A DNA stretch of 64,000 bases from the NCBI GenBank assembly GCA_963726245.1, contig CAVSBT010000030.1:64001-128000 (forward strand), written 5' to 3'. Below the pieces are notes generated by a model, which ran no database searches, was not told the origin of the DNA, and saw only the letters and a list, made by a program, of their open reading frames with translations. The DNA is from an uncultured Chloroflexia bacterium (GTDB taxonomy: Bacteria; Chloroflexota; Dehalococcoidia; DSTF01; JALHUB01). How positions within the stretch are numbered: the stretch's first letter is position 1; the number at the start of each line of letters is the position of its first letter. Below, in pieces: positions 34,835-44,330 of the stretch. The position numbers were made by a program, and so were the translations under genes.

Positions 34835-36011
34835 GTGACCTCGGCACGGGCTGTCTTCCATGTTCAGATGATCTCACTGGTGGCAGGGCTCCTGATCCTC
34901 GGAACGCTGGTCATGGGCAATACGTGTGATCCGGCGCCGGCGGCTCCAATGCCGACAGGTACGCGCACGACCGTAGCAATCGCTAGCAATCGTCTAGCCG
35001 CCGCGGCGACTTCTACCCGCACGCCAACGCGAACGCGGACTCCCACCCGCACGCCAACGCGAACGGCCACCGCCACCGCAACGCCGACGCCCACGGCTAC
35101 AGGAACCGCCGGCGGGGTTTGGAGGCCCGCGCAGGCCACCACCTGGCAGTGGCAGCTTACCAGCGACCTTGATCTCTCTGTCGATGCCGCAGATGTGGGA
35201 CATCGACCTCTTCGACAACAGCGCAAGCGTCGTCGCCACCCTACATGGCCAGGGGCGCAAGGTGATCTGCTACATGAGCGCCGGGTCATGGGAGGACTGG
35301 CGACCCGATTCCAGCGACTTCCCTGAATCAGTCTTGGGCAACTACCTTGAGGGCTACGACGACGAGCGGTGGCTCGACATTAGGCAACTGGACGTGCTCG
35401 GCCCGATCATGGGAGCGCGGCTCGACCTCTGCCGCGATAAGGGCTTCGACGGCGTCGAGTTCGACAACATAGACGGCTATAGCAACAGCACTGGCTTCCC
35501 GCTGCGTGCGGCCGATCAGGTCGCCTACAACACGTGGCTTGCGAACGCCGCCCATGAACGGGGCCTGTCGGCGGGGTTCAAGAACGACCTCGACCAGGTC
35601 ACTGATCTCGAGCCGTCCTTTGACTTTGCCATAGTAGAGGAATGCTTCCAGTACGATGAGTGTGATTTGGCCCTCCCCTTCATCGAGGCAGGCAAGGCTG
35701 TGTTTGAGGTCGAGTACAGCGGAACCCTCGAGAGCTTCTGCCCTCAGGCGAACGCTATGGGCTTCATGTCGATGAAGAAGCATCAGAGCCTGGACGCCTG
35801 GCGCCAGCCCTGCACCTCATCCACCGAATCTACCGTTGGCGGCGTCGCAGAGCTTCCAGACCTTGCTGGAGCCTCGGTAGGGGAGGCGGGTGCGCCTGCC
35901 GAGGGCGCTGGTTGGTCGGCTGGCGCCTACGCCGCCCTCGGTGGCGCATCGGCGGCAGTTGTAGTCTGCATCACCTCCGCCTGGTACGCCAGAAGGCGGT
36001 GGCTCAGTTAG
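34835..36011 (+). CDS. Secreted GH114 endo-alpha-1,4-galactosaminidase-like protein with C-terminal VGG-TM-RRR anchor; frameshift near 35188
   Basis: TWQWQLT, WDIDLFD, GFDGVEFDNIDGY, GFKNDLDQ, VEECFQYDEC; tail VGGVAELPDL..AWYARRRWLS. Confidence 0.85.
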
Positions 36012-36488
36012 GCACCCACACAACGGCCTCGCCCTGGGGCTTGCTGGGGTCTGTGCCGGTCGCGGCTGCCGGAATCGAGGGGTTCTCCATGCGTGAGATC
36101 GACGCGACGCGGCCGCTCACTACTCCAGCGGGTGCTGCAGTCCCGATACGCCGACCTGCTCACAGTCCGGCAGTCCCACGAAATGGCTCACAGCCGGGAC
36201 GTCGGCGAAGACCGACGCTGCTTGTGGCAGTGACTCCACTTGAGGTCCGTCGAATTGAACACCAGCCACCCAGATCGAGACGGGCAACGCCGCCCATCAT
36301 CCCGGGGCTGTCAGTGGAATGCCCTTCGGACCTGGCGTGGCGACCCAGAAGCATTGAAGAGCCAGTCCTCGCTTGCTCAGAAGCTGGCGCGGATGAATGC
36401 TGCGTTCTGCAGACTTGACCGTCAAGACTCGATTTGATATCCGAGGGCCTCAACCATCGGGCGCGCTCGAGATCAAGCCCTGTCTCAA

Positions 36489-37250
36489 GTGACCTCCTAC
36501 GCCGTGTACTACGGCGCTGGGCGGACCAGCGAGCTCAAGCGGTTTGGCCTCGCCATTGTTCGTAGTGAGAGCTATGGGCATGACGAGATAGCCTGGCTTC
36601 GGCTCCACGATACGCTGGTCCTAGCGTACGTGTCGATTGGGGAGGACCCGCAGTGGCGGAGCGGCGCTTCTTGGTACAGGACTGACCCTTCAACAGGCCA
36701 GCCCCTGCGGAACGAAAAGTGGGGCACCTACTATGTGGACATCCGGGACCTTGCCTGGCAGGAGCAGTTCCTGTTCGGGGAAGTCTGCGACGCGCTTGAC
36801 AAAGGGTTCGATGGTCTCTTCCTAGATACGGTGGACCCCTGCGTCGATGTCCCATATTTGGCCGAGGCGGTTCCTTCGCTGATCGGCACCGTTAGGCAGA
36901 GGCTAGGTCGGCGCCTCCTCGTCCTGAACCGGGGTTTCGGTGTCCTTGACACCATCCTTCCTTTCATTGATGGGGTGGTCTTCGAGGCCTTCTCGTCTCG
37001 ACCTGTGGGCGATTGCTATGAGCGCTGGGAGGGCACGGATTTAGCGTGGACGGAGGTCATGGCGCGGCGGCTCCAGGCCCTCCAACGGGCTCGCAGCCTG
37101 GCAGTCTTCACGGTGGATTACGCCGACATGCGAGACACACGTTTGGTCCAGACGTTGGTGCAACGGGCCCGCAGCTTCGGGTTCGTGCCTTACGTCTCCA
37201 CGGCCAAACTGGATCAACTCTATCTTCTGCCTCAGACCCCCGGCAGCTAG
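36489..37250 (+). CDS. PelA-hydrolase-like (GH166/GH114 group) protein without signal peptide
   Basis: YAVYYG, LAYVSIGE, GFDGLFLDTVD, LNRGF, VFTVDYA, FGFVPYVS. Confidence 0.8.
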   Translation: MTSYAVYYGAGRTSELKRFGLAIVRSESYGHDEIAWLRLHDTLVLAYVSIGEDPQWRSGASWYRTDPSTGQPLRNEKWGTYYVDIRDLAWQEQFLFGEVCDALDKGFDGLFLDTVDPCVDVPYLAEAVPSLIGTVRQRLGRRLLVLNRGFGVLDTILPFIDGVVFEAFSSRPVGDCYERWEGTDLAWTEVMARRLQALQRARSLAVFTVDYADMRDTRLVQTLVQRARSFGFVPYVSTAKLDQLYLLPQTPGS

Positions 37251-37709
37251 CCAGGGACGCAGCGCCGTCGTTCAGCATGTAGCGAGGTGGGACGGAGCGG
37301 CGTGGCGGGGGGCCCACGGGGGTGGCCTGTTCGCTTCGCCAATCTGGGCCGACTTGGTGGAGCACGACACGCACTCCACCCCGCCTACTCTACGACACGC
37401 ATTCATCACTCGCGCCCCTTCCCGGTCATGGCCCAAACACCGGGTTTAGACTAGCGCCCTCAAGGCGCAGTGAGCTGAGCTGCGTCCGCTGCCGGATGAC
37501 TGGGTTACTTTCAGGCTCGCCCTCCCGCGGGCACCGGCTAGTGAATACCGGAGACCTAAGGGGGCGTCCGTAATGCCGGACCCAGATGGAGGTCCTACAG
37601 GGCGTTCGAGCTCTAGGCCATGTATGTGCCCCCTCAGCGGCGCAAGCTAGGGCAGTCTCCCTGCGGCCGCTACCGAAAGGCCGCATCGATGCTGGTCTGC
37701 TGTTGGCGT

Positions 37710-39365
37710 TTAGTTCCAACAGGGCTGGCGCGGGGCGTCCAGGTCCAGATTCTTCTTCATCGACATGAAGCCCATAGCGTTCGCCTGAGGGCAGAAGCTC
37801 TCGAGGGTTCCGCTGTACTCGACCTCAAACACAGCCTTGCCTGCCTCGATGAAGGGGAGGGCCAAATCACACTCATCGTACTGGAAGCATTCCTCTACTA
37901 TGGCAAAGTCAAAGGGCGGTTCTAGGTCCGAAGCCTGGTCCAGATCGTTCTTGAACCCCGCCGACAGGCCCCGCTCATGGGCGGCGTTCGCCAGCCATGT
38001 GTTGTAGGCGACCTGGTCGGCAGCACGCAGGGGAAAGCCGGTGCTGTTGCTATAGCCGTCGATGTTGTCGAACTCGACGCCGTCGAAGCCCTTACTCTTA
38101 CAGAGGTCGAGGCGCGCCCCCATGATCGGTCCGAGGACGCTGGTCTGTCTGATGTCGAGCCAGTTTTCCCCCGGCCAGCCATTGCTGTTCCCCTTCACCG
38201 CTGCCGGGAAGGCCCCCGCGTCAGGCCGCCAGTCCTCCCATGACCCGGCGCTCATATAGCAGATCACCTTGCGCCCCTGGGCATGTAGGGTGGCGACGAC
38301 GCTTGCGCTGTTGTCGAAGAGGTCGATGTCCCACATCTGGGCATCGACAGAGAGATCAAGGTCGCTGGTAAGCTGCCACTGCCAGGTGGTGTTCTGCGCG
38401 GGCCTCCAAACCCCGCCGGCGGTTGGCGTATTCGTTGGTGTCGCGGTGGCGGTGGCCGTTCGCGTTGCCGTGCGGGTCGGAGTCGCGGTGGCAGTTGGAC
38501 TACCAGTAGCGGTTGCCGCCGCCGTAGGCGTCGCGGTGGCGGTGGCCGTTCGCGTTGCCGTGGGGATCGGAGTCGCCGTGGCAGTTGGACTACGAGTGGC
38601 CGTTGCCGCGGTCGTAGGTGTCGCGGTGGCGGTGGCCGTTCGCGTTGCCGTGCGGGTCGGAGTCGCGGTGGCAGTTGGACTACCAGTAGCGGTTGCCGCC
38701 GCCGTAGGCGTCGCGGTGGCGGTGGCCGTTCGCGTTGCCGTGGGGATCGGAGTCGCCGTGGCAGTTGGACTACGAGTGGCCGTTGCCGCGGTCGTAGGCG
38801 TCGCGGTGGCGGTGGCCGTTCGCGTTGCCGTGCGGGTCGGAGTCGCGGTGGCAGTTGGACTACCAGTAGCGGTTGCCGCCGCCGTAGGCGTCGCGGTGGC
38901 GGTGGCCGTTCGCGTTGCCGTGGGGATCGGAGTCGCCGTGGTAGGTCTAGGACGCAGAAACCTGAACTTCGCTGTCGCCTTCTGGCGACCGAAATCCGTC
39001 TTGATGACAGCCTCCACGTCGTGAAGTCCGGCCTTATCCTCTGGTACTACGAACATCGCCCGAAAGGTACCCCCAGGGCCAACCTCAAACTCGGGCATGT
39101 TCTTCGCGGATCCGTCCCACTTCAGGAAGCCTTCACCTGCGGGGAACCTGGTGCCGGTGACGGTAACCCTCGTTCCCGGCGGCCCGGATGCAGGATGGAG
39201 GCTAATCCTCGGTGTGGCCCGAGCCCCGGCGGTCTCTGGGTCTTCGACCAAAATCGCGCCTGCCGCGACGAGCGCCAGCAGAGCCAGGGCGGATATGACG
39301 GTTAGCGAGCCGATGGGGCGGTGTGCCCCGAGGATGCGACCCTGGTCGTCGGTCTTCTTCCTCAT
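37710..39365 (-). CDS. Secreted GH114 protein: signal peptide, Ig-like domain, Thr/Ala repeat stalk, catalytic domain
   Basis: MRKKTDD start with AGGAGG RBS; PASGPPGTRVTVTG Ig-like motif; same GH114 motifs as the 34835 paralog. Confidence 0.88.
   Translation of the reverse strand: MRKKTDDQGRILGAHRPIGSLTVISALALLALVAAGAILVEDPETAGARATPRISLHPASGPPGTRVTVTGTRFPAGEGFLKWDGSAKNMPEFEVGPGGTFRAMFVVPEDKAGLHDVEAVIKTDFGRQKATAKFRFLRPRPTTATPIPTATRTATATATPTAAATATGSPTATATPTRTATRTATATATPTTAATATRSPTATATPIPTATRTATATATPTAAATATGSPTATATPTRTATRTATATATPTTAATATRSPTATATPIPTATRTATATATPTAAATATGSPTATATPTRTATRTATATATPTNTPTAGGVWRPAQNTTWQWQLTSDLDLSVDAQMWDIDLFDNSASVVATLHAQGRKVICYMSAGSWEDWRPDAGAFPAAVKGNSNGWPGENWLDIRQTSVLGPIMGARLDLCKSKGFDGVEFDNIDGYSNSTGFPLRAADQVAYNTWLANAAHERGLSAGFKNDLDQASDLEPPFDFAIVEECFQYDECDLALPFIEAGKAVFEVEYSGTLESFCPQANAMGFMSMKKNLDLDAPRQPCWN
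38430..38945. repeat. 90-bp tandem repeat x~6 in alternating A/B form (180-bp super-period)
   Basis: GCGGTGGCGGTGGCCGTTCGCGTTGCCGTG at 90-bp spacing from 38443 to 38893. Confidence 0.9.
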
Positions 39366-39486
39366 TGTCTGTCCTCCTTGACATGCCACCATTCGATCGG
39401 AGGCCAGACGGTTTGGGCACAAAGAACCGCCTGACGACCTTGCGGCTGCCAGGCGATCCATGTCTCGTCGAGGCATTCTTTGGAGC

Positions 39487-39558
39487 CCGGCAGCCCTGCT
39501 GACTCTCGCGAGTCCCGTGGCTTTGCGTCCCCGCCTCACGACGGGTTTGCCTTTATCG
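39487..39558 (-). ncRNA. c-di-GMP-I (GEMM-I) riboswitch
   Basis: Minus strand CGATAAAGGCAAACCCGTCGTGAGGCGGGGACGCAAAGCCACGGGACTCGCGAGAGTCAGCAGGGCTGCCGG has the GGCAAACC, GNRA loop, GACGCAAAGCC and CAGC..GCTGCC hallmarks; lies in the 5' leader of the GH114 gene. Confidence 0.85.
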
Positions 39559-40006
39559 AGCTGGCCCTGGGTCAGTCAGACCAGCCACTCTGGAGGCCTT
39601 ACCTACTACCAATCGGCCGATTCTCCAGTTTCTGAACAACGTATCGCCATGGCGCCAACAAGCGCGTATCTGACAGACCGTGGATTCCACCATCACCCTT
39701 CTGGCCTATCCAGAGGGGCTCACGGTAGCCAGATCCGGCCAGCCAGGAATCTCCAGTAGTTGTCGGTCATAGCTCTGGACTCAACCAAGTTCTCGAGCGC
39801 GGCTATGCCATGCAGAAGTCGCCTCGGCGACCTAATCCGGATTCGGTTCTTGACCCTTTGGTGCCCCCAAAGGCCGCTATTCGGATCCCAGCCCCAGAGA
39901 CTGCCGTTGCATGTGATGTTGATAGCAAACAGAGGGGCTCGCGATGGAACCCCTCTGCGTGTCTACACTGCTTGCAGTCGGCTACATGGGCACTAGCTTC
40001 ACCCGC

Positions 40007-40315
40007 CTAGCAACGTCTCCCCAGTTGGCGAATCAGATGGTTCACGTAGTAGCGCGGATTCAGGCTTCCGCGCAGCAACGCAAGAATTTCGGCCGCAATA
40101 TCCGCAGGAGTCACCCGCCCATCACCGGTCACATCAGCGCAGGTGACACCCAGGGTCGATATCGCGTCGATGTTGGCGTGGCAGTCGCCGTCTCTATTGG
40201 CGACGGCGTGGCCGGTGTGGTGGGCCTTGGAGTAGGCGTCTCGGTCGGCGTAGAGGTCGCCGTCGCGGTGAGGACCGCTGGTGGCGGGCAACGTCGCTCG
40301 CTGCGTCGGGGCCAC
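40007..40315 (-). pseudogene. Remnant of a PT-linker plus dockerin-like C-terminus
   Basis: [23 protein letters not shown]|LIRQLGRRC is paralogous to the Agd3 tail, with the second Ca-binding loop deleted. Confidence 0.65.
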
Positions 40316-40612
40316 GCATGATCCGTGATGGCACGAACTTCTAACGTTAGGATATCACTTCCTGGCGACGCCCGCTGCGAGTAACGCGCCTCTCCTGAGA
40401 CGCCGGGTCACGGTCGATAATGCTGGTGGGGCCGCCACTGGGGTCGTGGCAAGACGGTGACCTGTCCTGCCTGGCAACAGGCAGGTGCGGGCGGGGCCGC
40501 CTCGCTCGCCCTGTGGCGGCCCCGCGTACCTACGGGGGTGTTCGGCTGTTCTTGGTTCGCCCTGCTAGGGCGACTCTCAGGGCACAATGGGCAGCCCTTC
40601 CATTGCCCGGTG

Positions 40613-41551
40613 CTACTGGCTGCCAGGCGCCTCCACTCCCTCCTGGCCCGCAAACGTCGGCGGTGACTCTGGCGGCGGCGCCTCGGCTGCCCGGTGTATC
40701 AACAGCGGAATGTTGCCCAGGTAAGGCACCTTGATGACGTGCCCCATGACCCGGGCCACGCGCCCGACCACGTCATCTATGCTGATGGGCGGGTCAGCGA
40801 GGTCGTTGGCGTCGCCCTGAGTGGTGATCTTCTCCCCCTCAATACTTACTACCCGGTGTATCGCGAAGCCTGCCTCGTGCCTGAAGGCTATGATGTCTCC
40901 CACTTGTACGTCTTCCGGGCCATCGACGCCCTTGAGGACGACGAGGTCCCCTTTCTTCAGGGTGGGCCACATGGAGGACGAGGTGACGGCGGCCATGGGG
41001 TAGGGCGTGTTGAGGGCGTGGGAGAGGAACTTGGGCGTGTAGTAGACGGCGCCTGAGACGAAGGCGACGTAGAGGGCCAGCATCAAGAGGAGCCTCGCAG
41101 AACGGCTCCCAACGAGGGGCGCCGCTCTTGCGGGCGGTACGGCCGGAGCGGCCGGCGGGGCCGGCTCCTCGGAGACCGGTAGGATCACGTCCCTGTCCCC
41201 GGCGAAGGGAGGCAGCACAGCGAGCGCCCTTCGCTCGAGGCGGAGCGCCGTCCCCGCCGGGAGGAACTTGCGCGTGTAGTAGACGGCGCCTGAGACGAAG
41301 GTGACGTAGAGGGCCAGCATCAGGGGGAACCTCGCAGAACGGCTCCCGACGATGGGCGCCGCTCTCAGGGGCGGGAGAGCTGTAGCGGCCGGCGGGGCCG
41401 GGTGCTCGTAGACCGGCGGGATCACGTCCCTGTCCCCGGCGAAGGGAGGCAGGACAGCGAGCCCCCGACGCGCGAAGCGGAGCGCCGCCCCCACCGGCAG
41501 GAAGACCAGCACCCCACAGAGCAGCCAGAGAGCAATGAGGAACTGTTCCAT
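40613..41551 (-). CDS. sipW: SipW/Sec11-type (S26B) signal peptidase I with duplicated N-terminal membrane module
   Basis: VTSSSMWPTLKKGDLV (Ser), GDIIAF..IHRVV (His), TQGDAND..D; 237-bp internal duplication (41041 vs 41278). Confidence 0.88.
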   Translation of the reverse strand: MEQFLIALWLLCGVLVFLPVGAALRFARRGLAVLPPFAGDRDVIPPVYEHPAPPAATALPPLRAAPIVGSRSARFPLMLALYVTFVSGAVYYTRKFLPAGTALRLERRALAVLPPFAGDRDVILPVSEEPAPPAAPAVPPARAAPLVGSRSARLLLMLALYVAFVSGAVYYTPKFLSHALNTPYPMAAVTSSSMWPTLKKGDLVVLKGVDGPEDVQVGDIIAFRHEAGFAIHRVVSIEGEKITTQGDANDLADPPISIDDVVGRVARVMGHVIKVPYLGNIPLLIHRAAEAPPPESPPTFAGQEGVEAPGSQ

Positions 41552-41582
41552 GGCTAGAACGGCCACCACCAGGGCAGGCGCA

Positions 41583-42103
41583 CTACGAACACGCGGCCGG
41601 ACTGCTTCTGTCCGTCGGTTGCATTGTGGGTGCGGTGACCTCGAAGTCGACCGTGTGTTGTTCACCGGGGCGCAGGTTGAAGAAGGCGTCATCGATGTGG
41701 AGGAAGTCCCGTATCCCGCCCCAACTGACGACCAGGACATAGCTGTTCAACTTGCCGTCGTTCTTGAGCTGGACGGTTCGGTGCATGGCGAGGTCACGGG
41801 GCACCTCCCCAAAGTCCAGGTCTCCCTCCAAGGCGAGGGTATGCCGACCATCCTGAGTTCCCTGAAAGTGACATAGGCGCTGTACGTGCTGGTGGAGCTC
41901 ACCGCGACGGCCCCCAACACGACAACCAGCAGCCCGACGACACCGAGGACGGCCAGCCGCCGGCGGGTCAGCCGGGGCAGCCGCAACCGCCTGCGCAGGG
42001 GGCCGGGCAGCCGCTTCCACAGGGCGCGCAGCCTCCCCCTGACGGCTCCCGGCGTCGCCGTCACCTCTCCGGCGGCCGCCGGTTCAGATACTGCGTCTCT
42101 CAT
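41583..42103 (-). CDS. Single-TM protein with Ig-like extracellular domain, frameshifted
   Basis: RRRLAVLGVVGLLVVVLGAVAV TM; LDFGEVPR..RTVQLKNDG..FNLRPGEQHTVDFEV. Confidence 0.65.
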
Positions 42104-42399
42104 GTCTTCCCTCCTCTAGCCCGCCGGCGGCGGGGCTACCTCCCTGGGGAGGGTATATCCGGCCAGGGCCGGACTCTTGACGACCCCAGCCTCAAGTCCG
42201 GAGCACAAAACCGCGGATCCTGTGCCCCGGGCTTCAGCCTGGGGTTGACATTCCGCCCTGTGCGGTCCGGCGGGCGTCGTTGCGGGCGCCCGCCGGACCC
42301 GCTACACTTTTGACGAGGCCGCATGCGCCGTTCGCAGCCGTGCGACCTCGGGGACCTGGCCCGGTGCCGGGAGGAGGTGCCGGGCCAGCCTGTCACCTG

Positions 42400-43078
42400 C
42401 TACGGACTGTAACCGGTGATCTGGAACTTGATGTCGCTGCCCATGTCGATCTGGTGGTAGCTGTCACCCAGGGGCGGCGTCGCAGTCTACGCAGCCGTCA
42501 ACTGTCCGCGGGATGCCCTCCGGCAGACCCGGTGCACCGGGTCGGTGATCGCGTTGTAGTTCTCCGTGCATACCGGCGCGTAGAAGACGAGGTCCCACAG
42601 GTCCGTCAGGTCGCCGAGGGTAATGTTCAGCTCGCCATGACCGATCAGCACTGCCGTGTCCACCGCCGGGGCCGGCACGCAGTTACCGGCGCCGGTGATC
42701 ACGTTGTTCGCCTCGTGCGGAACATCGCTGTCCGAGACCTCGACGAACGGACAGAGTCGGGTTGTCCGAAGCCGACCTTCTTCTCCGCAGTAGATATTGT
42801 AGGTCACGTCGTTCTTGGTCGCGTGCAGAAATGAACGACGGGCTGAGGCATATCTGGACGCAAGAGTCGTATGCATCGCTCGGCTTCGTTATCTTACATC
42901 CCTCGATCTTCTGCTCGGGGAAGACGGTCCCGTAGTCGATCTTCGCCTTGTTCAGGTACGTTGCCGCCTCGACGTGAGCCTGGACGTTGACCAGGTGGGA
43001 CTCGAAGGCCGCGAACATCGCGGCGCCCACCGCCACCAGGGCCACAGTGCCCAACAGTAGCGCTATTCGCTTTTTCAT
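42400..43078 (-). CDS. Secreted AFESH-family protein C (candidate major fibre subunit), frameshifted
   Basis: MKKRIALLLGTVALVAVGAAMFAAFESHLVNVQAHVE; IDYGTVFPEQ; C-terminus DMGSDIKFQITGYSP read manually, stop at 42400. Confidence 0.75.
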
Positions 43079-43191
43079 TCTCTATCACCCCCTTTCCAAG
43101 CAAGGATTTGTTCTCCAGGTGATGCTGCCTCCCCTCGCCGCCCTCCCCGCGGGAGGTGCAAGGGCGGCCCTCACCAGTAAGACCTGAATCA

Positions 43192-44323
43192 TCAGTGGCC
43201 CCGCCCCCACCAGTCCCAAAGCCACTGCGACCATGAGTTCCCGCCGAGCTCGACCTTGACCTCGGCGCCCAGGTCCCAGCCATCAGGGTTGGCCTCCGGC
43301 GGCAGGAGCAGGACCTGGTCCGGTGGGATGGGGTCGGTCTCCGGGTTGTAGTACTCAGTGAAGACAGGGACCCTCATGGTCACCAGCCACTTGTCGCACT
43401 CGTCCCCCGTGCGGGCGTCGAGGTGCCCCTGCCCGATGAAGTCGCCCGCGATCCCGTTGGCGGTCCCGTGGGGCTCGGCGGGCTCATGGGTCTCCGCAGG
43501 GTCGCGCTGCACGATCAGGTAGGGACGGAGGTCCGGGTAGTACTTGGTGTCGTGGCAGCGCCCGCTGCAGGGAAGCGGCTTTCGCTCGAGGACGATCTTG
43601 TAGTCCATCTTGGCCTGGCCGCCGGATTCCGCACGAGGTCTTGCTGACGCAGACCTTGAAGTAGTCGGTCCGGGTCTCCTGGGGGAAGACGGTGCCGAAG
43701 TCGATGTCTGTGTTGATCTCGAGGCCATCGGGCGGGTCGAGCACCTCGATGTGAATGGGGGCAGTGGTGGCCGTGAAGTTACTCCCGCCGGTGACCGTCC
43801 CGGTCATGACGGCGCCGGTGGCCAGGACAAGGTCGGCGATGGGGTCGGCGAACCCTCCGCCCGACGCTCCGCCTAGGGTCTCCACCTCAAAATCGAGGGT
43901 GTATGAGTCGCCCGTCTGTCCGGCCGGCGCGAGTGTGAGGTTATTCCACACCAGCAGGGGAAGGGGCACGTCGGCGGGGTAGGTAAAGGATACAGTGCCA
44001 TGGTTCCAGTCGTTCATGAAGACCCAGACCTGTGGAGCGAACTCCTCGGTCACCTGCACGCCCGTCAAGGGCACGTCCAGGGGATTTCTGATGTGGATCA
44101 GGAACCTCCACCTCACCGGGAGGCCCTTGGGCACGGCCAGAGAGTTGGGGCACGGTTCCCAGCCACCGCTGGACCCGATGGCCTCGCAGCCCACGATCTC
44201 CTGCGAGAGCGGGTGAACCACGTGCGCCTGCACGCTGACAACGTGCGACTCAAAAGCGGAGAAAGCGGCAACGCCGCCCGCGACGACCAGCGTAGCCAAC
44301 AGCAAGAGTGCGCTCCGTCTCAT
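43192..44323 (-). CDS. Secreted AFESH-family protein B with an inserted DUF11/Ig-like domain, frameshift near 43630
   Basis: MRRSALLLLATLVVAGGVAAFSAFESHVVSVQAHV; IDFGTVFPQE; YYNPETDP; DLGAEVKVEL. Confidence 0.75.
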
Positions 44324-44330
44324 CTCTTCG

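Noticed and set aside
36030-36470. ORFs between the GH114 and PelA-like genes
   Set aside because: No recognisable motif, RBS or consistent codon pattern
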